From contig JAPMXV010000029.1 of assembly GCA_026936335.1 (NCBI GenBank), forward strand, positions 248,001 through 312,000: a stretch of DNA of 64,000 nucleotides, in the 5' to 3' direction. Position 1 is the stretch's first letter; each line of letters opens with the position of its first letter. This DNA is from Mantamonas sphyraenae STR306 (taxonomy: Eukaryota > Protista > CRuMs). The notes below the pieces were generated by a model. The model worked only from the letters and a program-made list of their open reading frames with translations, searched no databases and was not told where the DNA came from. The position numbers and the translations under genes were made by a program. Below are positions 13,826 to 27,048 of this stretch, piece by piece.

Positions 13826-15705
13826 TTTTGGTGCCATATCGTGGCAAGGGCAACACAGGCAAGCAAGAGGAGGATGAAAGCACGGCAGCACGGTTGTACA
13901 GGCTGCCCAGGTTACTTCTGCGGATTGCAAAGGACACCCTTCGGGAGTACGGGTTGACTCGGCAGCAGGTGCGTCGCATGGCCCAGGATTCCGTGTTCAC
14001 AGTGATGAATCTGATCGACGACCACGAAAACAACGGGACGGGCCTGTTGGAGGATCTGGAGATTGCCACCATCATTGCCATCGACCAGGCCACACACCAG
14101 GTGCGACACGCAGTGCACAACAGCGTTGACAAGCTGCACGCCATGGACAAACAGGCGTTTCTGGACCCCACACGCTATCCCGCCCTGACTGTGGGTGTTG
14201 TCCAGCGTGCCGCACAGTACATGAGCGCAGTGTCACGTCATCGAGCCTGGCTCGAAGACCGCGCACAGCAGATGATGAGCATGCTCACAAAACAGATCGA
14301 CATGCGTTCCATCAAGGAGATTGTGCTGGCTGCGGGATACCCATTCGAGGCGTACGAGGTGACCACGGACGACGGGTACATTTTGACACTGGAACGACTG
14401 CCTCGCACGCACTCGCGACGAGCGGTGTACTTCCAACACGGCGTCACCGACACGTCATTCGCTTGGGTGGCCAACGGCACCACAAGCAGCGTGGCATTCC
14501 AGTCGTATGACGCTGGCTGCGATGTGTGGATGGGTTCGTTCCGCGGCACGGGGCAGCGCAAACACGTCAACGAACACATCAGCACCGCCGAATACTGGGA
14601 CTTCAACATGAACCACCACGCACAGTACGACATCCCCTGCTTCATCCAGGCCATTCACAAGATCAAGGCCCGCGAGCTGGAGCTCGAACACGCCATTGCC
14701 GACCTCCACACAGATGTAACCGCACGTGACGATGCCATCCAAAGTGGAAGCAGCAGCAGCAGCAGCAGCAGCAGCAATGAGTATTCCGACTCCCAAAGAG
14801 ACGATAGAGAGGACGACGAGGCGTCGGGAGGGACCCGAACAGGCAACCGTCGGCGGGAGCTGCCCAAAACCGACTTCAAGCTGACCATGGTGGCACACAG
14901 CATGGGCGCTGCGTCCACTCTGATGTACCTTGTGGGGCGGCGACAGATGAACTTGGAGCACCACCTGGCCCAGGCGATTCTGTTGTCACCGGCGGGCATT
15001 CACACAAAGATTCCGCTGTTTTGCAGGCTGACGGGGCCCATGATCAGTGCTCTTTACCGCCCGCCTCTGTTTCACAGCTTCCGTTTCCCAAGCGATGCCA
15101 TACGCACCATGACGGCCAAGCTCATGTACGATGTCCAGAACATCCCAGCCCTCAAGAGTCTGGCCATGATGGCCATGTCCAACCTTCTGGGTGGCGAAAA
15201 CAACAGCGCACGTTCACCTGTATCCAAGGTGCCCAACCTGGCGTACAACTCGCTGGCTGGTACCTCGGTGGGCATCTTTACACACTTTTGGCAGATCTGG
15301 CTCAACGGCGGCCACTTTCGCGCGTTTGACTACGGACCCGAGCGCAATCTGCGCGAGTACGGCCAGGAGGAAGCACCTACTATCACTGACTACTACCAGC
15401 TCATCGATGTGCCCGTCCATTTTGTCATGGGGTTGCAAGACAAGCTCATCGACCCGGTCAACGTCCTGCAGCACTACCACACCCTGGCTGCAAGTAAGCC
15501 CGAACTCGCACACCTCAAAGCGTTCCCGTACGGCCACGTCGACTTTACTCTCAGCGTGGAAAAGGCGAGTTTGCTGCGCTACGTCGTCGGTGAGATCCTG
15601 GACCCGGGCAAACCCTTTGATGCCCGCCAGCACCTCTACGTACCCAGGATCTCATCCCTGGCCAGCATCGATGAGAGTGAGGAAGGAGTGGATGTCGTCC
15701 AGTGA
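13088..15705 (+). CDS. Alpha/beta-hydrolase lipase / sterol esterase (abhydro_lipase family); intron ~13546-13706
   Basis: YEVTTDDGYILTLERLP, VYFQHG, nucleophile elbow AHSMG, FDYG, YGHVDF. A GT-AG intron (gacag|gtgcgt...aaacag|gttc) joins the upstream exon in frame. Confidence 0.88.
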
Positions 15706-15742
15706 ACAATGAACTGCAGTCTGTTTGTTTGTGTCCTCCCGC

Positions 15743-17771
15743 TCACGGTTTCTTCGCTCCTCGATTCCAACTCCGACTCTGCCGCAGTTTCTGCCGTTCA
15801 GCTTCCTGGTCCAGTTTCATCTTGCGAAATTTGACAGTGAGATCGTAGTGCAGGTCATTGGCTTCTTCGCGCGACATGATATGTGACGTTTGGCCAATGA
15901 GACCGACCGACATGTGGTGGTCGTTGGCCATGAGCGTGCGGAGCTCACACACCGAGTCATACAGCGTGATGAGCGCGTTGCAGTCCTCCGGCTTGAGCCT
16001 CGCCTCCTCCAAGTGCACACGCACGCGGTGCGTAGCACGATGCAGCCGCTTGCTGAAGAACATACCTGTACGCGAGGTGAACGCGTTGTACATCCTTGTG
16101 CTGGCTTGGTAGCTGATGCCCATAAACACCACCATGGCCAGCATGCTCACAAGTTGGGCGACCACGATCAGCAGCGCCGTCCATTGTGCGCCGGCGCTCA
16201 TTCCCTCGGGCACCTGGAACACCATCCAGCGCAACGCCATGAGACCTGTCAACAGAGTAAACACCACGTGTTCCAGCACACTCACCGCCCACCAGCCCTG
16301 AAAGATGCCAAACAGGATGTTCCCGCCTGCCATGTGCAAATCAAAGAGGTGTTCCCCGGGGAATAGCCGGATGGGTTTCTGGTAATTGTTCTGCGTGGAC
16401 AGGTGCAACTTGATATACGTTGTCATCCCAGACCCGATGTGTTTCAGGTTTTTTTCCAACCGATTCGAATCAGCCATCTTTGCTGCGTCCAGCCACAGCA
16501 CAAAGCGCACAAACAGCACGATGGAGGTGACGCTGAACATCGACACGGTAAACAGGACCAGCAAAGACACACCTACAAAGATGAGGATGTTCTGCAGAGA
16601 CTCCCAATGCATGTTTTCGCCGAAGCGGAGGTAGAGGACGACGCAAAAGGCAGCCGCCGGAAACACAATGTGGGACAGCACACGCAGTTCGTACTGGCCT
16701 CCCGTCAACCAAAAAGCCCACGAGTCGCCACCATACCCAAAGTACACCAGGGCACATGCAAACATGGTCAGAATATCCGCGGCAATCGCCGCCTGGGTCG
16801 CCAGCGTCTTCCAGTACACAAACTTGTCCATGCACAGCAACGAGGCCTTGGTGAAGATCTGTGCAATGCTCAGTGCAATGGACAGCACAGCCAGATTGTC
16901 AAAGTCCCGCAGCACCAGCATGGCGTAGAACTGCAGAATCGATTGTGGAATGCTTTGAACAACCGTCTCAAACAGCATGCCACTCTGTCCTCGCAGGTCA
17001 ATCCGGCGCGCATTACACACAACACATGCCATGTTAGCGATGGGGTATGAGGCAGACGACAACCATGAGTCGGGTGTCACACACTGCAGCGGGTTGGGCA
17101 GAAAAAGAGGAGTGCGCCGCTCGCAGAATTCCACGTGACACGTCACTTACCTCGCGCACGGTCTTGCGTGCAAGCATCTCGATGGCAACCGAGTCGAGCT
17201 TGGCATGTTCCATGCCCACGGCAGCCAGGCGTTCCTCGTGCTTGTCGGACTCGGGGGGAGGCGCCGAGCGGTCGTTGAACGGGGAGCCGATGCCAAAGTA
17301 GTTGACCACAAAGACATACAGAGGCAGCACTGGAGTGCATGCAAACAAAATCAGCCACGTTGTGCGTGGGTATTCACTGGACGAGTAGTCCCGGTACAGG
17401 CTGATGACCAGAATGAGCGAACACACGGGTGTGATCATGACAATGACCAAGCTCCACCAGAACACGCTCCTCAGCCGATGGTAGTACGAAGCCGTCACTG
17501 TGATGTCACTCACCACATCGAAAATGTACAGAAACATGGGCGACAGCTCCCACACCGTTGTCCACACCTTGTTCACGGTCCCTCTGAAGTCGCCCGTCAC
17601 CTTTGCAGCCACCACCTGCACGCATAGCTGCGCAATCTCAAGAAAATCGTGCACCTTTCCATTGTGTTTCGTGGATACACCTGTATCCCGTTCTACGTTG
17701 GGACGTGGTGCCGAACCACGGGTGGGATCGCGCCTCTTTCGAAGCTTGTGGTTGCCTCCGGCTGCCTTCAT
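15743..17771 (-). CDS. XK-related multi-pass membrane protein (possible scramblase family); intron from 17150 to ~16985
   Basis: LYIFDVVSDI and ETVVQSIPQSILQFY match XK-family motifs. Many TM helices. Donor gag|GTAAGT at 17150. Start codon uncertain. Confidence 0.65.
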
Positions 17772-17845
17772 TGGTTTGCATCTGTGTGCGCAAGCACAAT
17801 CCCACAACAGCAACTGTCCCCAGAGCATCCCCTGTTGTGCGTGTT

Positions 17846-19888
17846 TCACTCCTCACCGAAAGCCACCTTGAGATACTCCGTCACGCTGCGTGGGTCGTAA
17901 ATGGAGATGCGGTTGCGGGACTGCTGGTCAAAGGCGTGGATGAGGGTTTGGGCCACGCTGTTGAGCTCCAGCAAGTCGAGAAGGACATCGCATGCAAGCA
18001 TGTTCGGGTTGCTGATGACTTCGTCCATCCAGCCCTGCAGTGCAACCTTGCGCTTGCGCATAAACTCCTTGCTCTTGGACAGGGATTTGCCCGGAAAGTT
18101 GAGCGAGCGGCTGGAGTTGGGGTACAATGATTGGAGTGCTTGGTGCACGGCCAGGAACTGACTATAACGACGCATGACGGTGTAGTACGAGGGTCCCACA
18201 CGCACCTCGACGGCAAACACCACGTAGGTGCTGCTGCCCTCGAGGCGTGTCATGTAATCGGTCAGCTTGACCTGGAAGTAGTGGCCCAGGAACTGTTGCT
18301 GCAGTGTGTTTGGCTTCTGCGCCATGGCCACGCTGCTCTCGTACGTGGATTCAAACGTCGTACACAGGATGTCCATCGTTTCGTGCAGCACTGTGATCAC
18401 CTGCATGCGCTGCTGTTCAGACAGCACTGAAGACCCACTGCTCGACTCTCGGCTTGCTGCTTGTGTCTCTGCAAACTGCACCAGCGATGTCTTTGCCCGC
18501 TTCAGCTCCTGCTGGCTCAGCGATCGCACAGCCTTGCCCTTTTGTTCACTCTCACTGCTGGATGACGACGACGACGACGACGACGACGATGTATCTGCCT
18601 CCCCATCCTCTGAGCGCGTGGGTGACGATGCCACGCTGTCTGCTCGCATCGGGGACCCATCTCTGGAAATCGATTTGACCCGCTCAATGATGTCGTTCGC
18701 CTCGTTACGCGACTCCATCAGCTCCAGCGACATTTCACGCACCCTTTCTTCCTCCTCCTCCAACTGATGCTCCAGCTCCTGCACTCGTGCCTCCAGACCA
18801 GCCACCTGAGCAATTGCCTCCGCTGCCTCCTTCCGCGCCGTCTCCAGCTCCTTCGCTGCACCGTCATCCGCATCCGCCTTTGCCTTTGCCTTTTCCTCTT
18901 CCTCTTTCTCCTTTGCTCGCAGCTTCTCCTCCAACGCTTGCTTCTCCTTCTGGCTTCGTTCCAACTCGCTTTCGGCCTGTGCCAGCTTGCCTTCCACCAC
19001 ACCCATGGCCTCTGCGTGTTGTGTCTCCTTGTTCTCGGTCTCTTCCTTGTGTTTCTCCTCCACTCCCTTCAAGGATGCGTTCGCGGCGTCAAGCTGTTCC
19101 TGCAGCTGATCGACCTGCGTCGCCTTTGCACGGAGCGTCTCCAGCTCGCCCTGCTGCTCCTCTGCCTTTGCCTGCTTCTCCTCCTCCACCGCAGAGAGCT
19201 GTGCACGCAGTGAAGCGTTGTCCTGCTGCGCTGTGTCCAACTGCGCCTGGAGTTGGGCCAGGGCGTCGGCCTCTCGTTGCTCCAACGCACTCTGTGCCTC
19301 CTCGGCCTCTGCTTGGGCCTTGGCCAGTTGATCTTTGAGCACATTCTGATCCTCACGTGCCTGTTCCGTCTCTTTGTGCGCCTGTGACACCTCGTTGCGC
19401 AGCGCTTCCATCGCCTGCTCGTTCTGTTCACGCATGTTGTGTGCCTCTTCCCGAACACTCGCCAGCTCCTTTTCCAGCTCCTCCACCCGGCGAGACTCGG
19501 CCAAGTCAGTGCTGCTCTCTGCTGTGCCTGTGCCTGTGCTTGTGCTTGTGCTTGTCATCTCCTCCGTGTCCTCTTCTTCCTGCTCCTGGCCGTCGTCGTC
19601 ATCCTCGCCGTCGTCTCCTCGGAGCTGTGCTTCGAGTTCGGCAATGCGCTTGCGTAGCTCTTCGGCCTCCTCCACGCTGACCATGCCTCCACCGTCGCTG
19701 GAACCACTGCCCCGGCGTGTGTCGGTGCCTGCAATTGTGTTTGCGTTGAGATTGGACACCCTGCGTCCTCGTCCTCGTCCGCGTCCCCGGCCGGCAGTCG
19801 CCACCACGGGTCTTGCCACACCTCGCCCGCGTCCTCGCCCTCCCGCGGCAGCAGCCACCAGCGGAGTGTTTGCTTTCTCTGTGCTCAT
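17846..19888 (-). CDS. Coiled-coil protein with C-terminal PX (phosphoinositide-binding) domain
   Basis: RG-repeat N-terminus and long E/Q/K/A heptad region. PX motifs YVVFAVEV, VMRRYSQFLAVHQAL, FPGK, RKVALQGWMDEV. Confidence 0.85.
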   Translation of the reverse strand: MSTEKANTPLVAAAAGGRGRGRGVARPVVATAGRGRGRGRGRRVSNLNANTIAGTDTRRGSGSSDGGGMVSVEEAEELRKRIAELEAQLRGDDGEDDDDGQEQEEEDTEEMTSTSTSTGTGTAESSTDLAESRRVEELEKELASVREEAHNMREQNEQAMEALRNEVSQAHKETEQAREDQNVLKDQLAKAQAEAEEAQSALEQREADALAQLQAQLDTAQQDNASLRAQLSAVEEEKQAKAEEQQGELETLRAKATQVDQLQEQLDAANASLKGVEEKHKEETENKETQHAEAMGVVEGKLAQAESELERSQKEKQALEEKLRAKEKEEEEKAKAKADADDGAAKELETARKEAAEAIAQVAGLEARVQELEHQLEEEEERVREMSLELMESRNEANDIIERVKSISRDGSPMRADSVASSPTRSEDGEADTSSSSSSSSSSSSESEQKGKAVRSLSQQELKRAKTSLVQFAETQAASRESSSGSSVLSEQQRMQVITVLHETMDILCTTFESTYESSVAMAQKPNTLQQQFLGHYFQVKLTDYMTRLEGSSTYVVFAVEVRVGPSYYTVMRRYSQFLAVHQALQSLYPNSSRSLNFPGKSLSKSKEFMRKRKVALQGWMDEVISNPNMLACDVLLDLLELNSVAQTLIHAFDQQSRNRISIYDPRSVTEYLKVAFGEE

Positions 19889-19933
19889 TGCCTGGGGTTT
19901 TCAAGGTGCCAGCACACACACACACACGCCCGA

Positions 19934-21496
19934 ATGGATTGCATGCCATGTCGCGCGCGTAGGCTGCGCCAACCCAAACAAACAAACTGCCGGTGCTGGG
20001 CGCGTACTGCACACATGGATCGTGAGCCTCCTCAAGTGGACGAGGATCGGGCAGCGGCAGCGGCAGCGTGGCAAACACGTCGTCGTGAGGTGGCTGCATC
20101 CGGAGGGGAGGGGTCTGAACACACCAGCAACAACGCAGGTGCAGAGCGACTGACTCTGGAGGCACTTGAGTCCAGTCAGGATGAACCGCAGCGGGGCAAG
20201 CATGGCGTGTCCCTGGTCGACTTGATCAACCAATACAACTTGGAGCGCGAGGCACGGGGTGGTACGGCAGGGAAACAAGGGCGTCAACAAACCAGCAGCA
20301 GCGCGCGACTCAGCACTTCTCAACGGCACGTGAGTCGTCGCGAAGAACGTGACGAGAGCTGGGCAGAAGGGTGGACAGGGCCAACCACACCCCAGAATAG
20401 GGATGGCACCATGTCCAAGAGTCGGTTGCAGGCGGTGTTGCACACCCCACTGGACGACACCTTGCGTGTGGTCAGCGAAGATTTCCGCGTCGCGCTGGGT
20501 CGTCTCGAGGCCGAGCTTGGGCAGCAACAAGCCGAAGAGCGGGAAAGCGCAGAGGCACTGCGAAGCATGAGCACAGGACGCCTGAGGGGTGGACATGGCA
20601 CACGACATCGTGGGGATTCGGATGCGGTGGCGCACGTGGAACAACGCACTCTTCCACGGCTCCACTACCAGGGTCAACTGGCATGGGAAGACGAAGAAAC
20701 TGTACGCGAGTCACGCAGGGCGCTGGAATACCTGCAGGAGTTGCAGATGCGCCGTACACGTCTTGAGGAGCAATTGGAGGCGGAGCGAGAACGGGTGAGC
20801 GATGTGGAGGCAGAGTGTGAGGAGTTGGGCGAGACACTCAGCGAGGTGAAGGAGGACACACTGCACGCGGAGCATCACAAGCGTCAATTGATGGAAGAGA
20901 TCGAGGAGCACGAACAGCGGCTGCAGGAGGTGCGGCGGCAAAAGAAAGCGCTGGATGCACAGAAACAGGCGTGTATGCAGGAGGAGAGTGCCCTGGCAGA
21001 CGAACTGGACGACAGTCAGCAAGCGTTGCATGCAACCAAATTTCGCATGGAACGATTGCGTCGGCAGGTGGAGGAAGCGCGCGAGATGAGCGACGCCATC
21101 CAGCGGCAAATGGCAGAGGTGGAGGCCCTGGGATGGGATCCAACGCTGTCAATGCCAAGCAACAGCCCTTCCAAGAAGCAACAAGGCGTCGCAGCCAATG
21201 TACAGGCGGCGCATGTGGCCCAGTTGGAATTGGCGCTGGCAAGTGCCCAGTTTCAGGCGCGCGAGACGGCGCAGGAGAATGAGAGGCTGCATACGGAGCT
21301 GAAACGAGCCAAAGAGGATGTGCAACAGTTGACAAGCATGTACGAGACGCTGAGGAGTCAGATTGAGCACAATCAGCGGGAACACGACAAGCACGTGCGG
21401 CAAATGGAGGCACGGCATGACGAGTACGTACGACGCACAGAGGCGCTGGCACAACAGAGTGGTCTGCGTGTGCAGATGATCCATCAGCTGGGACAA

Positions 21497-21531
<35 letters not shown>

Positions 21532-22000
21532 CTCCTCCTCAACAGGTCAACAGTCGTCATCCTCATTCACAGCAGCCTTTGCGACGGACACACATGCAAG
21601 AGACACAACGCGACGGAACCCAACCATCCAGGTAGGGCCCATCGGGGGAACTCCGCCGCCGTCTGAAGGGGTGCGTACGGACCGGCCAGCTATGGAACCC
21701 ATGGCCTCGCCTGCCCCCAGTGTAGCCATGAGGAAGAAGCACCCATTGTCGCAGGTGGCCAGTGTTCCCATGTGGAAGCCAGCTAGCGTCGATTCCAATC
21801 CCAGCTTCTTTTCGGCGGCTGGTTCGGCAACCAGCGTCACGCCAACCACGACGAGCCCACGTTCGTCCACTCTCAGATCAAACACCAAGACACCCAAGTC
21901 GAGCACACGCTCGACAACGGCCAACTCTGCAAGACGTTCGGCCTCGCTGGTGGCCTCGTTCCGCGAGGAAAGGCGAAGAGAAGCGGGAGGTGGCGGATGA
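19934..22000 (+). CDS. Uncharacterised coiled-coil protein (start 19934 or 20015)
   Basis: 688-aa ORF with long heptad E/Q/R/L-rich segments and an S/T/P-rich tail. Confidence 0.65.
21498..21540. repeat. (TCG)n/(TCC)n repeat encoding poly-Ser
   Basis: tcgtcgtcg...tcctcctcc in the coiled-coil gene. Confidence 0.85.
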
Positions 22001-22032
22001 ATTCTCAGTGGTTTCTTTGCTGCCGTGCTCTC

Positions 22033-22837
22033 TCATCCAAACACGCCCTCGCTGCAGTACTGGAAATAAACAAAGCCGTCTTCGTCCTTGTACTGCTCGT
22101 AGACGACGTCGAGCGTCGAGCTCATGGGCACCAGAACCCCCTCGACGTAGAAAAAGAGCGCGTCCTCCTGGGACAGAGAGATACGCTGTGGATGTGTGTG
22201 CATGGTCGTCGTGGGGTGTATGTGCGTGTGCGTGCCAATGTGTGTGTGTGTGTGTGTGTGTGAGTGGCGTGCTGCTGTCGATGGTGTCGAGGTCGGTGCG
22301 AAAAATCCGGTGCTGGCAAACTCGCCCCAAGGGAAGGAAAGGCAGGCAAACTCCAAAACTCTCTTTCGTCCCACGCCACAACTCCCATCTGCAGAGATCT
22401 CACCACGTCGCCACCTACCTTGCGAATACTGTACATCAGTTGGGCCACCGTAAAGTCGGCAGGCACCAGGTATCTGCGAGCAGAGAGAGAGACGCGGGTC
22501 AGCGCGAAAATGGAACGGTGGAGTTTGCCAGACGGCGAACATCAATCACGCAAACTCGCCCACCGCGCGGGCGACGGGACACACATAGCGTGCGGTGGGA
22601 AACCGACGGGGCTCCAAGGCCAATGCAGGGAGTGTGTGCACACATTGGGTCAACGTACTTTTGCTTCTCCAGCGGATCGAGCAGTTTGTCCGTCCATTTC
22701 TGCTTGGTGGTGAGCGGCTCGGCAATGACCGGAACGCGGCCCGGGTACTTGTTCAGTGCCTTCTCTGCCTGCTCCTTGCGCTCGTCCAGCGAATACTTGT
22801 CCTTAAAGGTAACCACAACCTCGTCCGTCTCGCTCAT
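22033..22837 (-). CDS. ATG8: Autophagy ubiquitin-like protein ATG8 (3 exons)
   Basis: FKDKYSLDER, KYPGRVPVIAE, spliced KYLVPADFTVAQLMYSIRK|RISLSQEDALFFYV, YEQYKDEDGFVYFQYCSEGVFG*. Two GT-AG introns. Confidence 0.95.
22239..22262. repeat. (TG)n microsatellite in ATG8 intron
   Basis: Perfect tg run of ~12 units. Confidence 0.85.
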
Positions 22838-22931
22838 GGATGATGTTGTGGGGGAAAAGGGGTGTGCTTTTTTTTCTGGGCCGGCCGGCGCTTTCCGTTT
22901 CGGCCCGATTTGTGTGTCGAAATGCTCGCAC

Positions 22932-25615
22932 TCACTGCAGCTCGCCCGAAGGGACGTAGAGGAAAGAGAGGATGAGAAGCACGTAGGTGAGAACGAGGGA
23001 GCAGCCGATAAAGTAGTTGGAGCGGCCGTCGATGGTGATGTAGTTGATGACAATGACGGCAAAGATGACGACAAACACATCCAACTGCGGGAAAATGAGG
23101 GTGAAGGAGTTGGCCACATGTTCCTCGTTGATGAGGGCACTCATGAGCACGAGCACAGGAATCTGCAGGAGGGTGATTTGAACGGCGGCAGTGTTTCCGA
23201 TCTCGATGCTCATGGAAACGGAATCCTGGGCCGCAAAGCGCACGGCGTTGACAAACTCGGCAATGTTGGGCACGAGGGCAATGATGGTGACGCCCACAAA
23301 GCCTTCGCTGATGCCCGGGACCTCGGCCAGGGTGGGTTGGATGGAGGCAACGAGCAGTTCGCTCACGCCCGCAAAGAGAGCGATGGAGACAACCAAAATG
23401 AGCATGCACTTGGTACGAGACCATTCGGGCGCGTGTTCTACATCGCCGTCGTCCTCAAACTCCTCGTAGATGTGTGTGTGCGTCTTGAGGGTGAACAGCA
23501 AGCCGATGGCGTAGGCCAGAGGCAAGATCACCGCACATGAATACATCAGAGGACGCGCGCCGTTGGCATACACCGGATCGGCGTCAAACGGCACCTGGCG
23601 CATGTGGCAGCGTGTACAGTCCAGGGCAGCAGCAACCTCGGAGCACTGCGAGCACACCAGTTCGGTTGCTCCGTAGGCCTGGTAGAAGATGGTGGGTGTG
23701 AACGCACCAATGACGGCAATAAAGAGCATGACCGATGAGACGCCGGCGGCGTTTGCGTTGAAGCGTTGCTCCTTGCGTGTGAGGCCGCCAGCAATCATGG
23801 AGAGACCCGGCATGAGGAGCAAACAGCCCAGGAGGGAGCCTGTGACTGCAGCACGGGTGATGACGTTGAGACCCTTGGAGAGGGCGTTGTAGTACAGAAT
23901 GAGTTCGACGGCGCTGCCCATGAGGGCGTTGAGAAAGGCACCCACTGCCGGGGTGCTCTGTGCACTGATGGAGCTGATGGCCGTGCCGATGTAGTATGCC
24001 AGTGGGATGGTGGACACCAGTGTCATGACAAAGATGAGCACGTTGTTGTTGAGCGGATGGTGTTCAGGCAGGCCGTACCCGATGACCAGGCTGAGGAGAA
24101 CAAAGCCGAGCATGTTGACAAGACGACGTTCATGCCCCCAACGGCATACTTGTAGTAGAAGCGATTGGCGGCCTCAAAGGTGCACATGATGACATTTGCA
24201 CTGACGCCTGGGGCGCTAGTGCTCACCTCGGTGCTGAGGATGTCGCTGTACAACAAGCGGATTGCGTTGCGGTTGACCTTGGCCATTGGGATGAGCACCA
24301 CGAGGAGCCAACACACCACAAACGCAACCAAGTGAATGGCCGTGAGGGGCAGACAGCCAAAGAGGAACCACAGCACGGCAGCAACGCGCTGTCCCAGCGT
24401 CGTGGCTTGACGAAACAAACCAAACTCCAGTTGGTCCAACGGGTTGTACACCAATGCTGCCTTCTCACGGTCGTCCTGCGAGAGCAGTGGCCGCACTGTG
24501 CGTGTGCGTGCAATGTGTTTGCCAAACGGAAACCAGAAGAAGCCGGCCAGCTGGAAGCACTTGCGCGCATAGGGGATACCCACCACCGTGGCGTACATCA
24601 CCATGCCCACGAGCACGTAGGCCAGGGCAATCCATGAGCCGAAAAACACGGTCCAAAGGATGTTGGACACGTTGTCTGCAAACATGGGTCGGTGTCAGTG
24701 TGCCTGCTTCCTCCATGCAAATGGGTTTGCCGACGGGGGTTGGCCCCCCCTCCCAGAGACGCCACAAAGGCCACGTGACCAGGCATTCACACCCCGCAAC
24801 GCCATCCCCAACGTACATTTGTCCCGTCCGCTGAGCTGTCCCAATGTGTCTGCGTACAAATCCTGGACCGTTCGCGACCGTTCACGCAAAGGCCGCTTCT
24901 GAATGTGCCCCTTCCACGGACGGAACCCAAACAGGCTGTTCAGCTCCGTTTTGCGTTCTTCCAGCCGCAGCTTTCTGTTGTGACACAGTTGTGCACACGC
25001 TCGGCGAGTCAGCACTTTCATCGCAACCCACTCACGTGTCCAGCTGCGCACAAAAAAGGAACGGGAAACTCACTTTGCCGTGCCGGGTGACATTGGTGTC
25101 TTCCCAGTCGCCTCGTGCCCTTCCACAGCATTGTCCAGACTCTCAAGCACATCCACAATGGCCTCTCGTGCACCTTTGTCACCAATCTGTGTGCGGGTGG
25201 TGCTTGTGGTGCCCTTTGCGCTTCCTGCGCCTGATCCGTAGTCCGGTTTGCCCTGCGTAGCCAAAGCGATCGGCGTGTCTTCCTGCGACTCTCGTTCCTT
25301 GCTTCCCTGGCTGCCCTGGCTTTCGGGACTGCTCGGTCCGCTGCGACTGCCCTGGCTGCCCTGGCTGCCCTGGCTGTTGGCGTTCAGCAGGGCCGCAGAC
25401 GACAGCATGGCGCCGCTGGTGGGGCGGAACGCCATGGCTTGTCCTCGACCTCGGCCACGCCCACGGCCGCGTCCACGTCCCACACTGCCCGCCGAACCCG
25501 TCGAACTCTTTCGTCGTCGTGTTGGCTGCACACCGCCTGCCTCGCCTGCGCCTTGAATGTCTTCGCCGCTCTTGCGACGCGATCCTGATCCAGATGGAGG
25601 CGGTCCTGGGTCCAT
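22932..25615 (-). CDS. VNX1-type (type II CAX) cation/H+ exchanger; 2 introns, apparent -1 frameshift at ~24120
   Basis: YccF-like NILWTVFFG...FWFPFGK, YYKYAVGG, alpha-repeats NALMGSAVE / GSLLGCLLL and ALVPNIAEFVNA. GT-AG introns near 24971-25073 and 24679-24815. Confidence 0.88.
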
Positions 25616-25814
25616 CTGCAAAGCGTGAAACTTGCATCAGGCTGCGCAGGACCCCGTCCTTGTCACCAACACGGCCACCGCCGCAACCAGGACAAGAGCA
25701 ACAGGCGCAGTCATCCATCGTCGCATAGGGATGTGTGAGAGAGAGTGTGTGTGGGGCTGCACTGACTGTTCCGCTCTTCTCATTCATTCACACACCACCA
25801 CCACCAATCACACC

Positions 25815-26891
25815 TCACATGTCCTCAAACTCCAGCGCCATGGCCATCTCGTCGTCGTTGGGCAAATCGTTGGCCTCTGGCTCCTCGTCTCTCATCATTC
25901 CACCCTCAGCAGCCATCATCGCCTCTTCCAGAGCCATGACATCCTCCTCGTCCAAATCCTCGCCCTCGCCCTCATTCACGTTCTGCTGTGGCTGTCGTTC
26001 ACGACCGCTGTGGCTGCTGCCCTTGTCCATAGCCTCCTGCCGCACTCTGTCAAACTGAGCGTCCAACGCTTGCCTTCGCAACGCTCCAGCATCCAATGCA
26101 CCGCCGCTGCCTCCAATCTCTTGGTCATCCATGCGTTCTGCACCATCCTGTCCAGCTGATCCAGCTGCTCATCATCCTCATCATCGTCGTCGTCGTCCAG
26201 ATCCACGTCGCCACCGGTCAGCCCTGCCAGATCCAGCGCGTTGCGTGCGTGGCCCATTCCGTTGCGCGCTGCCTGCTCGCCTGCCGTCAGCCTCGCCTCC
26301 GGATTGCGCACGTACTGCATGCGCGTCACCGTGTCGTTTGCTCCGCTGATCTTTTCAATTCGCTGCGCCAGCTCGTCGAGCGGGTAGTATCCACACAGCT
26401 GCTGGCCCCACTGTCGATAATAATTCATGATGCGATGCAAATCTCCCTTCTGCGTGGTTGGATGCGCGTGAGCGTGTGTGCTGTGCGCTCGGCAAAGCGA
26501 TGGTTCGTGGTGGCGTTTTTTTGGCGCGCTTTTCCCGCGCAATCGACTGATCACTTAGCCACCACGCGGCACCTGCACCTGCTACGCAGCTCGCGTGAAC
26601 ACTTACCTCGTGGCCCTTGCCCTTCAGTGTGCCTGCACACTTTTCCTCAAACTGGTTCACCAGCAAGTCGACCCCGTTGTCGCCGAAAACAAACTCGGGT
26701 GTGATGCGCGGCACCGTCGAGCGCCTTTTCTTGCCCTCCGCTCCCTCTGCTGTCGCACCACCTGTCCCAGATGTTGCCTTGGTACGCTGCGGTACAGCAA
26801 TGACCGAGCCCCTTGTCTGCTGTGCCACGTCGATCGTCATGTCGTCGTCATCCAGACCAGGGTGTTCCAGGACCTGGCTATCTCGCTCCAT
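25815..26891 (-). CDS. TIPIN: TIPIN/Swi3/Csm3 replication-fork protection protein; 1 intron, apparent -1 frameshift at ~26168 (start 26891 or 26969)
   Basis: Swi3 domain spliced as LKGKGHE|KGDLHRIMNYYRQWGQQL...LAQRIEKIS. Donor GAG|GTAAGT. The acidic tail continues in the frame ending at 25815. Confidence 0.8.
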
Positions 26892-27048
26892 GCTCTCAGC
26901 TCGTCCTTGCGACGCCGTCCCGGGGGGCGTTGCAATCTGCACTCGTCCTCCTGTGACTCGTGTGGCCATACCGTCTGCTCCTGTTGTTTTGTTCGAGTCT
27001 GCGCGACTTCTCCAAGCGCACCACATCACACCTTCACTCGTGGCCGAC

